From NCBI GenBank assembly GCA_040905465.1, contig JBBDRK010000070.1:1-18588 (forward strand): a DNA stretch of 18,588 nucleotides. Direction: 5' to 3'. Of the stretch, positions 16,565 through 18,588 are shown piece by piece. This DNA is from Trueperaceae bacterium. Its GTDB lineage: Bacteria > Deinococcota > Deinococci > Deinococcales > Trueperaceae. The notes beneath the pieces are model-generated. The model was not told the origin of the DNA. It made no database searches and worked only from the letters and a program-made list of their open reading frames with translations. Within the stretch, counting starts at the first letter, position 1. Each line of letters begins with the position of its first letter. Made by a program: the position numbers and the translations under genes.

Positions 16565-17008
16565 ATGAGAAGACCGATCGTTCTGGCATTCATCGTCGCT
16601 CTGACCGTGCTTATGGCCGGGTGCGCTCCCGCCACGGTGGGCAACGGTTTCGCTGCCGACCTGACCGCGTCCGCCGAGTTTCCCGCACCGACCCTCGATG
16701 GCGCGACTCCTTCAGGCAGCGCAACGGCCGTGCTCGACAGTGCAAACAACACGCTCACCCTGTCAGGAACATTCTCCGGCCTCACCGGCCCGGCAACCGG
16801 CGCTCACATCCATGGGCCGGCGGGTGTCGGCGAGACGGCCGGCGTACTGTTTCCGTTGCAGGTGGACACGGCCGCGAGCGGCAGCATCTCGGGAACCTGG
16901 ACCGACATGACCGCGGAACAGGTCCGGCAACTGCGCGACGGCTTGTACTACGTGAACATCCATACCGAAATGAACGCCGCCGGCGAGATTCGGGGACAAC
17001 TCAGATAG
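16565..17008 (+). CDS. CHRD domain-containing lipoprotein
   Basis: Lipobox MAG-C; AHIHGPA and GLYYVNIHT-x2-N-x2-GEIRGQL are CHRD hallmarks; GAGGAG SD. Confidence 0.93.
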   Translation: MRRPIVLAFIVALTVLMAGCAPATVGNGFAADLTASAEFPAPTLDGATPSGSATAVLDSANNTLTLSGTFSGLTGPATGAHIHGPAGVGETAGVLFPLQVDTAASGSISGTWTDMTAEQVRQLRDGLYYVNIHTEMNAAGEIRGQLR

Positions 17009-17019
17009 CAGACCCTTGG

Positions 17020-17474
17020 CTAGTGCGAGCGGGCAGTCTTGCGCTGCCGCTCCTCGGCCTGCTCGACCAGGATCTCGAACGGCAACCGGTGCTCGGAGTA
17101 CTGCGAGAAGCTCATCTCCGGATGCCACTCGATGCCGAGCACGAACCCGCCCTCGGAAGCCTCTACCGCCTCGATCACGCGTCGCGCTGCGGGTCGACCT
17201 TTCCCAGGCCTCGCGCCGGCTGCTGACCGTAGCTATCGGGGTCCAGGTCGACCCCGCCGGTGAACAGGACCCCGTCGACGTTGTCTAGATAGGTGTCGAC
17301 CAGACCGGGATCGAGGTTGGCGACCATGAACCGCAAGCCTCCGGCGCGAATCACCCCCTCCGAGTAGTTGCTGCCGGTCGTGCTGTCGCGTCGGCGCACG
17401 TCCTCGTCGCGAAACTCGGTCGAAGTAGTTACCAGGATACGAGGTCTTTCCACCTCAGAGGCTCCCGTCGTCAT
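17020..17474 (-). pseudogene. Gamma-glutamyl-gamma-aminobutyrate hydrolase-like (peptidase C26) pseudogene with internal deletion and frameshift
   Basis: N-part ...RPRILVT...NYSEGVIRAGG...DGVLFTGGVDLDP-x2-YG...DPQRDA* ends at 17175. C-part VIEAVEASEGGFVLGIEWHPE...SH* (17178-17020) is in another frame. The catalytic GICRG segment is absent. Start uncertain (17486, 17474 or 17453). Confidence 0.85.
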
Positions 17475-17717
17475 CCTCCGGGCCATCACTCCGTTACCCC
17501 GGCCGTCAGGAGTGCCCGGCTCCCGCTCGACCCCGGGTCGATAGCCGTCGCTTTCACACGGACAGTATATCGGCCAGGCGGAAAGCCTCCCGTCAGCGAG
17601 AGGGAAGCCCAGCGGGACCAGAGGCACTTTCAGAACCGGCACGGGCGAAGAGCTCGCCCGCCGCCGAACGAGACCCCCACCAAAATCACGAACCTCTTGA
17701 CAATTCGCCTTCTCCGG

Positions 17718-17756
17718 TTGACACTTCACGTAGTCAATGCATAGACTGTGCAGTGA
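17718..17756 (+). promoter_or_regulatory. Sigma70 promoter with overlapping palindrome (putative TetR auto-operator)
   Basis: TTGACA (17718-17723), 18 nt, TAGACT (17742-17747). TCAATGCATAG-A-CTGTGCAGTGA (17734-17756) has 9 of 11 complementary pairs and covers the -10. Confidence 0.65.
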
Positions 17757-18466
17757 AATACGAGAGAAGGCGCAACTTGTCCACCTCAGATAGAGCCGCC
17801 AAGGAACCGGGAAGCGAGCCGCCGCCGGAACCGGATGCCGTCGGCAAGCGCTCCTACGACAATTCTCTTCGTCAGCGACAGCAGGAAGTTACGCGCAGCA
17901 GCATCATGCTGGCCGCCCAGGACCTGGTCCTGGAAGGTCGGCTTCACAACTTCAGCGTTCAGCAGGTGGCGGCGCGAGCCGGCGTTTCACACCGGACCGT
18001 TTACCTGCACTTTTCATCACGCGATGCGATTCTCGAAGGGCTCGTCGACCGGGCACTGGAGGAGACGGCGGACGCAATTCCGCCCTACCCTGAGCGTCTC
18101 GAGGATTTGCCAGCCTGGGTCGAGCGGGCGGTGCCGGCGCTCATCCCCTACCTGCCGCAGGTCAGGGCCATGGATGCGGTCCTCCAGGCCGTCTACCAGA
18201 ACAGAGTTCCCAATCAGGCGCGCAGACGCGACGAGCTCTTCGCCCGGCTGGTTGCCGAAGCGGCCCCCGGCCTGAGCGAAAAGGAGCGGAAGGCCGCGGC
18301 GGCCGGACTGAGGTTGTGGGTGAGCATGCGCACCCTTCTCGAACTTCACACCCGCTATGGACTGGACGAAGAGGAAATCATCCTTGCCGTCACGAGAGGT
18401 GCGCGGGCGCAAATAGAGCAGATCCTCAGCCAAGCACCGGGGCAGCCGAAAGGGAGCGCAAAGTGA
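17753..18466 (+). CDS. TetR/AcrR family transcriptional regulator
   Basis: RSYDNSLRQRQ...TRSSIMLAA...FSVQQVAARAGVSHRTVYLHFSSRDAIL (TetR HTH). Start is GTG 17753 (leaderless) or TTG 17777 (after AGAAGG). Confidence 0.93.
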   Translation: MKYERRRNLSTSDRAAKEPGSEPPPEPDAVGKRSYDNSLRQRQQEVTRSSIMLAAQDLVLEGRLHNFSVQQVAARAGVSHRTVYLHFSSRDAILEGLVDRALEETADAIPPYPERLEDLPAWVERAVPALIPYLPQVRAMDAVLQAVYQNRVPNQARRRDELFARLVAEAAPGLSEKERKAAAAGLRLWVSMRTLLELHTRYGLDEEEIILAVTRGARAQIEQILSQAPGQPKGSAK

Positions 18467-18588
18467 TCGAGCCGAAGCCGGAACTCAAACCGACGCCGGA
18501 ACTCAATTCCGTGATTGAAACAGGAGTCGAGGAGGGAGTCGAAGCTGAAATCGTGTGGTTGCGCGATCTCACCGCGTCGTCGGTCCGG
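18463..18588 (+). CDS. Partial CDS coupled to TetR; possibly a PEP synthase/PPDK N-terminal domain protein
   Basis: GTGA overlap with the TetR stop and GGGAG SD. Open to the window end: MIEPKPELKPTPELNSVIETGVEEGVEAEIVWLRDLTASSVR. The product guess rests only on IVWLRDL. Confidence 0.5.
   Translation, partial: MIEPKPELKPTPELNSVIETGVEEGVEAEIVWLRDLTASSVR
18472..18507 (+). repeat. 18-bp in-frame tandem duplication
   Basis: CCGAAGCCGGAACTCAAA / CCGACGCCGGAACTCAAT (16/18 identical), encoding PKPELK / PTPELN. Confidence 0.7.

Noticed and set aside
17642-17660. REP-like family shared with the 243-264 hairpin (CGGGCGA...GCCCG core)
   Set aside because: Only two short GC-rich look-alikes; not distinguishable from chance without a genome-wide count.
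17175-17729. 184-aa ORF as an intact gene or programmed frameshift
   Set aside because: The first ~80 residues cross a promoter region. A frameshift could not restore the missing catalytic Cys segment.

Overview
GC-rich bacterial DNA. Deinococcota (Trueperaceae-like) origin is an inference from repeated 'ALA-Q' signal peptides and TANNNT boxes 5-6 nt before start codons. The left half holds two minus-strand uptake/catabolism units. (i) tctA-tctC tripartite tricarboxylate transporter genes, with no tctB in view, run into a phosphosulfolactate synthase (ComA family) gene that is cut by the window edge and missing from the ORF track. (ii) A six-gene operon (ROK repressor, M20 amidohydrolase, sugar-type ABC binding protein, permease, YhfX-like PLP enzyme, ATPase) is preceded by a sigma70 promoter overlapped by an XylR-like palindrome. 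The right half is a mosaic: DUF3298/RsiV-like exported protein, glycine-zipper mini-protein, NAD(P)-binding reductase, RDD protein, an 807-aa heparinase II/III-like lipoprotein, a candidate structured RNA, Uma2 endonuclease, CHRD lipoprotein, an internally deleted peptidase C26 pseudogene, and a TetR regulator coupled to a truncated gene. No rRNA, tRNA, CRISPR array or transposase was seen. Best leads: importer-linked ComA, the YhfX+M20 pathway, and the 117-nt structured element. All family calls come from motif recognition by eye, not database searches.
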